64,000 bases of DNA from an uncultured delta proteobacterium (GTDB lineage: Bacteria > Myxococcota > Myxococcia > SLRQ01). Under the pieces are notes generated by a model. The model worked only from the letters and a program-made list of their open reading frames with translations, made no database searches and was not told the DNA's origin. Shown in pieces: positions 21,993-34,478 of this stretch; the stretch's first letter is position 1; each line of letters starts with the position of its first letter. Both the position numbers and the translations under genes were made by a program. The stretch spans positions 864,001 through 928,000 of the forward strand of contig CAVSGM010000001.1 of NCBI GenBank assembly GCA_963727485.1, written 5' to 3'.

Positions 21993-24060
21993 ATGCACCT
22001 CCACTCGCGTCTCGCCGGGGCCGTCGCCGTCCTCCTCCTCGCCGCCTGCACCGGACCCGCCGGACCCAAGGGTGCCGCCGGCGACCCGGGCGCCGACGGG
22101 GCCACCGGGGCCACGGGCCCGGCGGGGCCCCAGGGCCCGGCGGGCCCCACCACCGTCCCGCCGACCCTCTCCAGCCTCTCCCAGAGCTGGGGATCCGCCG
22201 CCTCGGAGCTCACCCTCACCGGCACCGGCTTCGACCCCGATCCGGCGGCGGACACCGTGTTCTTCGGGGGCTCCCAGGGCACGGTCACCGCCGCCACCGC
22301 CACCACCCTCACGGTGCGGCCCTCGGTGACCGTCGACGTGCGCACGCCGACGCTGGTCACCGTGGAGGTGGCCAACCAGATGTCCAACGCCCTCGCCTTC
22401 GACCTGGTGCCCCAGGGGACGCCGGTGCGCCTCCCGGTGGCGCTCCCCGACCGGCCCACCGGGGTGGCCTACCTCGGCGCCACGACCTACGTGGGCGCCG
22501 CCGGCGGGCCCATGGGCGGGCTCTACGCGCAGGATGCCACGGGCAAGGTCACGCGCCTGGTCGCCCCCCGGCGCCTCACCGGCGCGCCGGCCGGGGCCCC
22601 GGCCTACGTCGAGCCCACGGCGCTGGCCACCGACGGCCAGGGGGTGTTCTACGCCACCAACCTCGGCACCATCCACCGCTACGACCCGGGCACCGGGGCG
22701 GACACGGTGGTCTTCGACGCCAGCCTCTATGGCGCCGCCACCGGTCTCGCCTGGGCCGATGGCTATCTCTACCTGGTCACCTCCGAGTCCACGCTGATCC
22801 GCGTGGGTCCGGACGGGCGCTCCGCGGTGGATCACGACGTCACGCTCGGCGGCATCTTCGGTGTCGCGGCGCAGAACGGCCGGATCTATCTCACCATCCC
22901 CGGCAGCAACCGGGTCCTGGCGGTGGGGACCCCCGAGACGAACCCCACCGTCCTCGATCAAGCGGACGTGTCCCCTGGCTGCACCAAGCCGCAGGCGGTG
23001 GTCGCCATCGGCAACGATGACCTCCTGGTCACCTGCAACGCGGGCACCCTCTTCCAGCTCAACGATCCCGCGGTCGGGGTCAGCGGCTTCGGTGGGGGGA
23101 CGGCCGTCCAGGGGCTGGGGATCCCCACGGCGGCCACCCAGGGGGCGTTCGTCTCCGCGGCCGGGAGCGCCGGGGCAAAGGTCCTCTTCGCGCTCCCCAC
23201 CGACGGGGTGGTGGCGAGCCGGGACCAGGGCTCCCTCGCGGTCACCCCGGTGCTCGCCGGTCTCCGGGGCCAGACCCTGGGCGCCGCCCGGGTCGACGGC
23301 CACCTCTACCTCGCCACCAGCACCGCGCAGACCTGGGACCTGGTCCAGCCCGACGACACCGTCCTCGACGTGGCCCCGGACGGCTCGAGCCGGCTGGTCT
23401 TCGTGGGGTCGAGCCTCTCGGGCCTCGCCCCGGGGCCGGGCGGCAAGCTCTACACCGCCGGGTTCTCGGCGGCGGGCCAGGCGTCGATCCTCGCCATCGA
23501 TCCCGCCACCGGTGCCCAGACCGTGGTGACCTCCCAGGCCACCGGCGTCTACCTCGACGTCGCCTTCGACGCCGACGGAAACCTCTTCGCCACCCGGGTC
23601 GGGCGCCACCGCCGACACCCTCGTCCTCAGCCGGATCCCCGCCGGCAGCACGAACGAGACCGACGTGTCCACCTTCCCCGGCCACTCGTCGGACATCGTC
23701 GGGATCGGCGCCACCGGGGTCACCGTCGGTCCCAGCTTCTTCGGCAACGACGGGATCTCCACCGTGCCCCTCGACGGCAGCCCGGCGCAGCAGGTCGCGC
23801 CGGCGGGCGCCCTGGGCGACGCCGTCAGCGCCTTGACCACGGCGGACGGGGCCATCCTGGTCTTCACCCGCGTCGACGGGGAGATCCTGGAGGTCGACCC
23901 GGGGTCTGGCGCGGTCCGGATCCACGGCAGCTCGCGGGTGATCGCCTTCGACCCCGCCACGTCGATCGGTGCCGGCGTCGTCCGTGGCGTCCTCCGTGCC
24001 GACGGCACCCTCGTGGTCGCCGACGGCCAGCAGGACGCGGTGGTCGCCGTCGCCCCCTAG
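21993..24060 (+). CDS. Surface lipoprotein with collagen-like repeat, IPT/TIG domain and beta-propeller repeats; frameshift near 23600
   Basis: Lipobox LLAAC, Gly-X-Y run, LTLTGTGF and repeated PTGVA/PTALA/GLA strands. Confidence 0.7.
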
Positions 24061-24075
24061 GCGCGCGGGCCGGGG

Positions 24076-25329
24076 CTAGCGGGCGAGCCGGAGGCCGGTG
24101 AGCTGCCAGCGGGCCGCCGCCGGGAAGAAGTTCCGGTAGGTGGCCCGGAGGTGGTCGGTGGCGGTGAACGCCGAGCCACCCCGGAGCACCTGCTGGTCGA
24201 CCATGAACTTCCCGTTGTACTCGCCGAGCGCCCCGGCCAGGGGCCGGAAGCCCGGGTAGGGCGCGTAGGGGCTTCGGGTCCACTCCCACACGTCGCCGAA
24301 GCGCTGGGTCTCTCCCTCGGCGGCCGGGGCCGGGTGGAGGCGCCCGGACTCGACGAGGTTCCCCTCGATGGGCGCGCCCTCGGCGGCGACCTCCCACTCG
24401 GCCTCGGTGGGCAGCCGCGCCCCGGCCCAGTGGGCGTAGGCGTCGGCCTCGTAGTACGAGAGGTGGCAGACGGGCTCGGTGGGGTCGAGGTCCTTCAGGC
24501 CTCCGAGGCCGTAGACCTGGAAGCCGTCGCCGGCCTCCCGCCAGTAGAGGGGGTGGCGGGGATCGGTGCCGGCCTGGAGCCGGTGCCAGCCGTCGGAGAG
24601 CCACAGCTCCGGGCGGTCGTAGCCGCCGTCGTCGAGGAACGCCCGGTACTCGCCGCAGGTCACCAGGCGGTCGGCGAGCTCGAAGGGCTCGAGCCAGGTC
24701 CGGTGCCGGGGGCGCTCGTTGTCGAAGGCGAAGCCCGCGTCGCCGGCGCCGAGGTCCCGGAGGCCGCCCTCGTGGGCGGTGAAGGTCAGGGGCCGGGCCT
24801 CACCGACCGAGGCCGGGGGCGCCCGGCGGTAGGCCGGCGCCAGGGGGTTGGTGCCCAGGACGTGCTTGAGGTCGGTGAGGAGGAGCTCCTGGTGCTGCTG
24901 CTCATGGTTCAGGCCCAGGGTCACCACGAAGCGCACCGTCTCGTCCCCGCCCTCGGGGCCTTCGAGGAGCGCCTGCATCTCGGCGTCGATGGCGGCGCGG
25001 TAGCCGCGCACCTCGGCCACGGTGGGCCGCGAGAGCAGGCCCCGCCGCGGCCGGGGGAACTGGGGGCCCACGCCCTCGTAGTACGAGTTGAAGAGCCAGG
25101 CGTAGCTCGGGTCGAACGGCCTCCGGTCCGGGCGCCACCGGGCGAGGACGAAGGTCTCGAAGAACCAGGTGGTGTGGGCCAGGTGCCACTTGGTGGGGCT
25201 CACGTCGGGCATGGTCTGGACCACCATGTCCTCGGGCTTCAGCGGCTCGGTGAGGGCCTCGGTGAAGGCGCGGACGGCGCGGTAGCGGTCGACGAGGGCG
25301 GGGGCCGGAGGCTCGTTCGGGGTCACCAT
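24076..25329 (-). CDS. egtB: Ergothioneine biosynthesis sulfoxide synthase EgtB
   Basis: SPTKWHLAHTTWFFE, HEQQHQELLLTD, AFDNERP, GEYNGKF and TYRNFF. Confidence 0.92.
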   Translation of the reverse strand: MVTPNEPPAPALVDRYRAVRAFTEALTEPLKPEDMVVQTMPDVSPTKWHLAHTTWFFETFVLARWRPDRRPFDPSYAWLFNSYYEGVGPQFPRPRRGLLSRPTVAEVRGYRAAIDAEMQALLEGPEGGDETVRFVVTLGLNHEQQHQELLLTDLKHVLGTNPLAPAYRRAPPASVGEARPLTFTAHEGGLRDLGAGDAGFAFDNERPRHRTWLEPFELADRLVTCGEYRAFLDDGGYDRPELWLSDGWHRLQAGTDPRHPLYWREAGDGFQVYGLGGLKDLDPTEPVCHLSYYEADAYAHWAGARLPTEAEWEVAAEGAPIEGNLVESGRLHPAPAAEGETQRFGDVWEWTRSPYAPYPGFRPLAGALGEYNGKFMVDQQVLRGGSAFTATDHLRATYRNFFPAAARWQLTGLRLAR

Positions 25330-25423
25330 GTCGCCGCCGAACCTAGAGCAGGCCGGGCGCGTCGCCAAGCGCGCCGGCGCCGGTGCCGCGTCGGATCCGC
25401 TCCCGCCACCGCCGGGCGGCGCG

Positions 25424-26203
25424 TCAGAAGACGATCTCGTCGAGGAGCGTCTCGAGGCGGGAGGTGACCGCCTCCGGGCCCTGCCCCTTGGCCACCCAGC
25501 CGTCGGCGCCGGCGGCCCGGGCCCGCTCGGCGAGGACCGCGTCCTCGGCGCCGGACATGAGGACGATGGGGATCCCCTCGGTGTCGAAGCGGGTCTTGAG
25601 GGTCCGGCACACGTCGTCGCCGGTGATGTCGGGCATCTCCATGTCCGCGAGGATCAGCTCGGGGTGGAAGTCGGCGAGGCGGGCCTCGAAGTCGAGGAGG
25701 TCGCCCGCGGCCGCGGCGGTGTGCCCCAGCTCCCCGAGGGCGTCGACGAGGATGTCGCGGATGAGCCGGTCGTCGTCGAAGACCAGGATGCGCCGCCGGG
25801 GCGAGTCCTCGGCCTCCGGGGCCGCCGCGGGGCCGGCCCCGGCGAGGCGGATCTCGGCCTCGAGGGCGGCCGCCTCCCCGGCGCTGCGGGTCCCGGTGGC
25901 GGCGCGCTCCCCGGCGACGGTGAGGCGCCGGGCCCAGGCCACCGCCTGGCGCCACCCGGCGACACCGGGATCGCCGAGGTGGGCGAGGTGGGCCTCGAGG
26001 GCGCGGGCGGCGGCGGCGAGGGCGTCGAGGCCCAGGAGCGCGGCCTCGCCGGCGACGCCGTGGACCTCGTCGACCAGGGCGGCGCAGGCGACGCGCCGGG
26101 CGTGGGCGGCGGCCTCCCGGGGGAAGAGCCGGGAGATCCGCCCGCGGCGCTCGGCGCAGCGCTCGGCGAAGCGGGAGAGGAAGCCGTTGCGGGGCTCGCT
26201 CAA
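25424..26203 (-). CDS. Hpt-like plus receiver domain protein
   Basis: EVHGVAGEAALLG Hpt-like box and ILVFDDD...DMEMP...K receiver. TTG start overlaps the upstream stop. Confidence 0.7.
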   Translation of the reverse strand: MSEPRNGFLSRFAERCAERRGRISRLFPREAAAHARRVACAALVDEVHGVAGEAALLGLDALAAAARALEAHLAHLGDPGVAGWRQAVAWARRLTVAGERAATGTRSAGEAAALEAEIRLAGAGPAAAPEAEDSPRRRILVFDDDRLIRDILVDALGELGHTAAAAGDLLDFEARLADFHPELILADMEMPDITGDDVCRTLKTRFDTEGIPIVLMSGAEDAVLAERARAAGADGWVAKGQGPEAVTSRLETLLDEIVF

Positions 26204-27018
26204 CGCCTCGGCCCTGCCCCGGACGTGGCGTCGTCGAGGTCCCCGGTGAGGCCCAGGAGGTGGCCCAGGGTGTTGAGGAGCTGGGCGCGGAGCACCGGCT
26301 TGTGCACGAAGAGATCGGCCCCGGCGGCGAGGGCCTCGGCGCGGACGTCGTCGCCGCCGGTGCTGACCATCAGCACCGGGATGTCGGCGAGCTTGGGCCG
26401 GGCCCGGAGCTGGGCGATGACCCCGGCGCCGGTCATCACCGGGAGGAAGTGGTCCACGATGGCGAGGTCCACCGGCCCGGCGTCGAGGGCGGCCAGGGCC
26501 TCCTGGCCGTCCCGGGCCCAGGTGACCTGGAGGGCGCCGCGGCTCCCCTTCACCCGGTCGTAGAACCGGGTCAGGGCGTGCTCGAAGAGGTCGCGGACGA
26601 AGTCGTTGTCCTCGACCAGGAGGACCCGGAAGGGCACGTCGCGCGGGCGTTGCTGCCAGTCGGCGCGGATCCGCAGGCGACGCACCAAACGCTCCAGGGC
26701 CCGGCGCCCGGCGACGTCGTCGGTGAGGATCTCCACGCCCACGCCCGGGAGCGCGCCCGGGGTCTCGCCGGCCTCCTGGCGGAACCGGACGATGCCCTCG
26801 AGGTCCACGGGCTCGAGGAGGCCCGGGAACGAGAGGGAGAAGGCGAGCTTGCGCCCCACCTGGAAGTCGGCGTCGGTGCGGATGAAGAGGCCGCCGCGGC
26901 CGAGCTCGGTGAGGTAGTCGGCGAGGAGCTCGGTGGGCTCCCGGTAGCTCACCTTGAGCAGGATGTCCCGGACGACCTCGCCGTCGTCGCCGAAGCGCGC
27001 GCTCCGCGTCCATGTCAT
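26200..27018 (-). CDS. PilZ-like plus receiver domain protein
   Basis: ELGRGGLFIRT...GIVR...GVGVE PilZ-like domain and VLLVEDN...DHFLP...KP receiver. Confidence 0.8.
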   Translation of the reverse strand: MTWTRSARFGDDGEVVRDILLKVSYREPTELLADYLTELGRGGLFIRTDADFQVGRKLAFSLSFPGLLEPVDLEGIVRFRQEAGETPGALPGVGVEILTDDVAGRRALERLVRRLRIRADWQQRPRDVPFRVLLVEDNDFVRDLFEHALTRFYDRVKGSRGALQVTWARDGQEALAALDAGPVDLAIVDHFLPVMTGAGVIAQLRARPKLADIPVLMVSTGGDDVRAEALAAGADLFVHKPVLRAQLLNTLGHLLGLTGDLDDATSGAGPRR

Positions 27019-27143
27019 GCCCCCAACCAAGGGTAGATACCCGATCGGATCCTCCGTCGTCCAGCGGGGGCCCGGTCGAATTTCTTTCCCTGGGCCGCCG
27101 TCCCGGTGTCTGTACCCATGAACCCCTCGCCAGGAGCCCCGCC

Positions 27144-27482
27144 ATGCTTCGCAAGCTCGCCGTTCTCGCCACCCTCTTCGCCTTCATCGGCGTCTCCCTG
27201 CCGGCCCTCGCCGACGCGCCCCTGAAGACGGCCAACCAGCGCCAGGCGCGCCAGGAGCACCGCATCCGCCAGGGCGCCCGCTCCGGCCAGCTCACCCACC
27301 GCGAGGCCCGCAAGCTCCAGCGCCAGCAGCGCCACATCCGCAAGATGAAGCGGCGCGCCCGCCGGGACGGCAAGGTCACCCGCCGGGAGAAGCGGCGCAT
27401 CAACCGCGCCCAGAACCGCGCCAACCGGAACATCCGCCGGAAGAAGCACAACCGGCGCGTCCGCCGCCGCGACCGCAAGTAG
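27144..27482 (+). CDS. Secreted Arg/Lys-rich hypothetical protein
   Basis: AGGAG RBS, signal peptide ending ALA, and RIRQGARSGQLT / DGKVTRRE repeats. Confidence 0.75.
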   Translation: MLRKLAVLATLFAFIGVSLPALADAPLKTANQRQARQEHRIRQGARSGQLTHREARKLQRQQRHIRKMKRRARRDGKVTRREKRRINRAQNRANRNIRRKKHNRRVRRRDRK

Positions 27483-27516
27483 TCGCGACTCCGCCGTCCC
27501 GTGGCCGGCGTCCCCC

Positions 27517-27554
27517 CGGGGGCGCCGGTCGCGCGTATCCGGCCCCGGATCCGG
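27517..27554 (+). repeat. Direct repeat copy 1 (38 bp)
   Basis: CGGGGGCG-ccggt-CGCGCGTATCCGGCCCCGGATCCGG; 34/38 identical to 30068-30105. Confidence 0.85.
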
Positions 27555-27576
27555 GGGTCAGGGTGGGAGGGCCGCG

Positions 27577-27607
27577 GAGGGGGGTGACGAGGCACGCCAC
27601 CCCCCTC
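27577..27607. terminator. Hairpin between convergent genes
   Basis: GAGGGGGGTGACG / CGCCACCCCCCTC stem; no U-tract. Confidence 0.45.
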
Positions 27608-27619
27608 GGGTCCGTCGTC

Positions 27620-30011
27620 CTAGGGGCAGGTCACCGTGTTGCCGGTGTACGCCGCCGGGGAGACGGTGCCGCTGACGTAGAGCGAGGGGCTCCGGAGCTG
27701 GATGCGACCGTCCGCGCCCGCGCCGCCGGTGCCGCCGGTGCCGCAGCTGCTGTCGCTGAGGCCCAGCCGCCTCCGCCGCCAAGCGCGCTCACCGTGCCGC
27801 TGACGGACACGAAGATGGTGCCGTCCAGCCAGAGGCTGCCGCCGCTGCCGCCGCCACCACCGCCGCAAGAGGAATAGCAGCCCTGGCTGCTCGAGCTGCC
27901 GCCCGTGCCACCGTCGACCGAGATCGTCCCGGGGACCGAGATGGTCGGCGCGGTGATGCGCAGGGCCGCGCCACCTCCGCCACCCCCGGCCTTGCCGAAG
28001 GTGCAGCCCGCGCCGCAGCCGGGGCTGCCGCCGTTGCCGCCTGGGCTGAAGACCGACATCTGCGCGTCGCCCCAGGCCGCACCGCCGCCGCCGCCGCCGC
28101 CCGGGTAGAAGCCGGAGCCACCGGCGCCCGCAGAGCCGACCGCGGAGTAGCCGCCGCCGCCGCCGCCGCCGCCGGAGCAGGTGCCGCCACCGCCGTTGCC
28201 GCCGGTGCCGTTCGTTCCCCCGCCCACTCCCACACCGGAGATCGTTCCCTGGACGAGGACGTTGTCGGAGGCATTGAGGATGGTCACGCCGGCCGAGAGC
28301 TTCAGCGTCCCGCCCGCGGCGACGACGACGTTGCGGAAGTTGTGCGTGCCAGCGGTCAGCGTCACGGTCTTGCCCGAGGCGACGGTCAGGTCTCCTTCGC
28401 TGGCGGTCGAGCACGAGGGCGCGCAGCCGAACTGGGTGCACGTCGAGCCCGCGGCACAGACGTTGCCGCAGGCCATGCAGTTGTTGTTGTCCAGCGTGAG
28501 GTCGGTGCAGGTGGCGGCGGCTCCGGTGCCGCAGGTGGTCAGCGGGTCGGGGCAGCTGCACGTCCCCCCGCTGCACGCCCCGCCGTTCGGGCAGGTGGTT
28601 CCGCAGGTCCCGCAGTTGGCGTTGTCCGTCTGCAGGTTGGCGCAGTAGGCCCCGGCCGTGCCGGCCCCGCACTCGGTCAGGGTTCCGCCGCAGGTCGTGG
28701 CGCAGGTGCCGCCGGAGCAGACCTGGCCCGCGGGGCAGGCGGTCCCGCAGGTTCCGCAGTTGGCGTTGTCCGTCTGCAGGTTGGCGCAGTAGGCGCTGGC
28801 CGTGCCGGCCCCGCACTCGCTCGAGGTTCCGCCGCAGGTCGTGGCGCAGGTGCCGCCGGAGCAGACCTGGCCCGCCGGGCACGTGGTCCCGCAGGTCCCG
28901 CAGTTGGCGTTGTCGGTCTGCAGGTTGGCGCAGTAGGCGCCGGTCGTGCCGGCCCCGCACTCGCTCAGGGTTCCGCCGCAGGTCGTGGCGCAGGAGCCGC
29001 CGGAGCAGACCTGGCCCGCCGGGCACGTGGTCCCGCAGGTCCCGCAGTTGGCGTTGTCGGTCTGCAGGCTGGCGCAGTAGGCGCCGGCCGTGCCGGCCCC
29101 GCACTCGCTCGAGGGTTCCTCCGCAGGTCGTGGCGCAGGTGCCGCCGGAGCAGACCTGGCCTGCGGGGCAGGAGGTCCCGCAGGTCCCACAGTTGGCGTT
29201 GTCGGTCTGCAGGTTGGCGCAGTACGCCGCGCCGCCGTTCGGATCCGCGCACTGGGTGAGGCCGCTGCCACAGGTGGTGGTGCAGACTCCGGCGGTGCAG
29301 GCCTGGCCGTCCGGGCAGGTGGTCCCGCAGGTTCCGCAGTTGGCGTTGTCGGTCTGCAGGTTGGCGCAGTACGGGCGCGCCACCGTTCGCATCCGGGCAC
29401 TGGGTGAGGCCGCTGCCACAGGTGGTGGTGCAAGCGCCGGCGGTGCAGGCCTGGCCGTCCGGACAGGTGGTCCCGCAGGTCCCACAGTTGGCGTTGTCGG
29501 TCTGCAGGTCGGCGCAGTAGGCCCCGGCCGTGCCGGCCCCGCACTCGCTGAGGGTGCCGCCGCAGGTCGTCGCGCAGGCGCCGTCGGAGCAGACCTGGCC
29601 CGCGGGACAGGTGGTCCCACAGGTCCCGCAGTTGGCGTTGTCCGTCTGCAGGTTGGCGCAGTAGGCCGCGCCGCCGTCTCCGCCGCCGCACTGGCTGAGG
29701 CCGGCGCCGCAGGTGACGGTGCAAGCGCCCGCGGAGCAGACCTGGCCCGAGGGGCAGGCGTTCCCACAGGCGCCGCAGTTCTGGCTGTCGACCGAGGTGT
29801 CGATGCACGTCAATCCGCACTCCACCTGGCCGGAGGGGCAGGTCGGGCCCGTGGACCCGTCGGGTGTCGCCCCGGCGCTACCGCCTCCGCAGCCGGCCAC
29901 CCCGAGGGCACCGGTCAAGATCACCAAGATGAGGAGGGAGCGGTAGCTCGTCTGTGTTGCGGTAGGCAATGAGGGTCTCCTAGGGGTGTGAGTGGGTGCC
30001 CAAGCTGACAT
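27620..30011 (-). CDS. Cys-rich repeat lipoprotein with Gly-rich C-terminal domain; about 3 frameshifts
   Basis: Lipobox VAGC, repeated YCANLQTDNANCGTCGTTCP units, and a GGGSGG...GADGRI-type C-terminal domain. Confidence 0.75.
28470..29810 (-). repeat. Tandem array of about 144-bp (48 aa) coding repeats
   Basis: GTTGGCGTTGTC recurs at 28615, 28759, 28903, 29047, 29192, 29339, 29487 and 29631, plus two diverged terminal units. Confidence 0.9.
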
Positions 30012-30067
30012 GGATCAGAAGACCTCAGGTCGGGCCTCCACTCCAAGAGTTATCGCCGGCCGCGTTT

Positions 30068-30105
30068 CGGGGGCGGTTGACGCGCGTATCCGGCCCCGGA
30101 TCCGG
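30068..30105 (+). repeat. Direct repeat copy 2 (38 bp)
   Basis: CGGGGGCG-gttga-CGCGCGTATCCGGCCCCGGATCCGG. Confidence 0.85.
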
Positions 30106-30139
30106 ATGCTATGGTGGGAGGACCGCGGAGATCCCCGCC

Positions 30140-31445
30140 ATGCACCTGCGGCTGCCTGCCCTCTCAAACACCCAGCTCCCCTCCGCTCCCACCGCCCTGG
30201 CGGCCGACCTCGACCGGCGCCTGGCGGCGGGGCTCGAGGGCTACGTGGAGGCCGAGCTCCCGGGCGAGGTCGCGGTGCTCTTCCTCCACCAGGGCAAGAC
30301 CTACTGCGCCGGGCGCATGGACGAGGACGGGCGCTTCGGGGCCCTGTCCCTGCCGCGCTTCTTCGCCAGCCTCGACGGCGCGCGGTCGGTGACCCTCTGC
30401 GCGACCGACCTCCCGCTCTTCCTCTGCACCGCGGTCCTCTTCCGCAAGGCGCCGGCGGCGCAGATCCCCTCGAGCCTGGTGGACAGCGCCGCCATCCTCG
30501 ACCAGCTCCGGGAGGCCGGCCGCGACGCGGTGCTGGTGATCCGCCGGGGCGCGCGCGCAGAGCCTGGTGTTCTGCCGCGAGGGGCGTGCCCATGGCCCTC
30601 TACCCCGGACCCGGCGAGCGCTTCCCCGAGGCGGACACGGTCACCGACCGGATCGTGGAGTACGTCTACGCCGGCGACGGCAAGACCGAGGTCACCCTCG
30701 ACCTCTACGACGAGATTCTCGTTGCCCCCGGCGCCGGAGGCCGGCCGCCCGGTGTCGAGCTACCGCCTCGACCTCGAGGACGACGGGCCCGAGATCACCC
30801 TGGAGGTACGCCTCGGGGGCCGGGTGGTCTTCGCCTTCCCCATGTTCGGCGACGAGATCACCATGGGCCGCGGCGGGGACAACGACTTGGCCCTGGACAA
30901 CCTCTCGGTCTCCCGGCGCCACGCCCGGGTGCGCCGGGTGGGCGAGCGCCTCGACGTCGCCGACCTCGGCAGCGAGAACGGCCTGAAGGTCGACGGCGAG
31001 CAGGTGGAGCAGGTGACCCTCGGCCCCGGCGACGAGGTGGGCATCGGCCGCTACACCCTGGTGTTCCGCCTCGGGCCCGGGGCGCGGTGTCCCGGCGCCG
31101 CCCCCGAAGCGCCCGGCGGTGGCGGCGGTGGAGGAGACCATCGCCATCAACCCCGACGACAAGGTCGCCGAGATCGAGCACGCAGGCGCGGTGCACAAGA
31201 TCGGCGGCTGGGTGTTCACCATCGGCCGCAAGGGCGACGCCAGCCTCCGGATCCGCGGCCTGGGCGTCGGGGGCATCCACGCGCGCATCAACCGCGACCC
31301 CGACGGGCGCTACCGGGTGGAGCACGTCGCCGGCCTCTCGTCCCTCAAGCTCAACGATCGCAAGGTCGAGCGCGCCGAGCTCAAGGACGGCGACGAGCTG
31401 GGCATCGGGAGCCGGCGGTTCCGCTTCCGGTTGCGGGCGCGGTGA
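30140..31445 (+). CDS. Protein with N-terminal unknown domain and two FHA domains; about 3 frameshifts
   Basis: ITMGRGGDNDLALDNLSVSRRHA...DLGSENG, and a second TIGRKGDA...IHARI...LKDGDELGIG. Confidence 0.75.
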
Positions 31446-31641
31446 GGCCAGCCGGCGGCGGATGTCCGCCGAATCGGGAGACGCGTCGCACGATGCCGGC
31501 CTTCGCGTGTGCGTCGGCGGGCGCGTCTGCTGCCTGATGCCGGCGCCGAGTGGCGCAGGGCCCTTCAGACCCCTCCGGCGCCGGACCACCCGGCGCCTGC
31601 ATCACGCCGATGGCCTGCCCGTGCCGGGTCGCCGGCAACCG

Positions 31642-32064
31642 TCAGGGCGTGAGCCGATCGCCCGGGTGCCACCGTGGCCGCGACGCCCTTGGCCACCTCC
31701 AGCACCCGCCGCACTCCGTCGTGGCACACCTGGGTCGTGTCGCCGGCCGCGAACGTCTCGATCGCCACCACCTTGCCGGCGCCGTCGACGTAGACGGCGT
31801 CGATGGGGAAGGTGACCTCGCCGTTGGCGATGCACACCTGGCCGGCGCTGGGGAAGGGCAGGAGCAGCCCGTCTCCGGTCCCCAGCGCCGCGTGCCCTGC
31901 GAGCCCCCGCTGCCGGGCGGCCTCGGTGCTGGCGACCTCGGCGCACACCGAGAACCGCTCGATGCCGGTCAGCGACGCCACCCGCTCCGCCGTCGTCCCC
32001 GACGGGCAGCAGCCGGCGCAGCAGAGCAACCCGGCGAGGACCGCGGCGGCGGTGGCCAGGGGCC

Positions 32065-32068
<4 letters not shown>
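31642..32068 (-). CDS. DUF192 domain lipoprotein
   Basis: AEVASTEAARQRGL...GLLLPF...FPIDAVYVD...VLEVAKG. The likely true end PGDRLTP* needs a 1-nt correction. Confidence 0.7.
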
Positions 32069-34413
<2,345 letters not shown>

Positions 34414-34478
34414 CGGGGCAGTGTACCGGCTCCGGGCGCCCGCCGTCGCCCCCTGGCCGGTGGATTCCCTCTAGGGCC

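Noticed and set aside
28470..29810. Regularly spaced repeats as a CRISPR array
   Set aside because: Whole units repeat with no unique spacers, they are protein-coding, and no cas genes are present.
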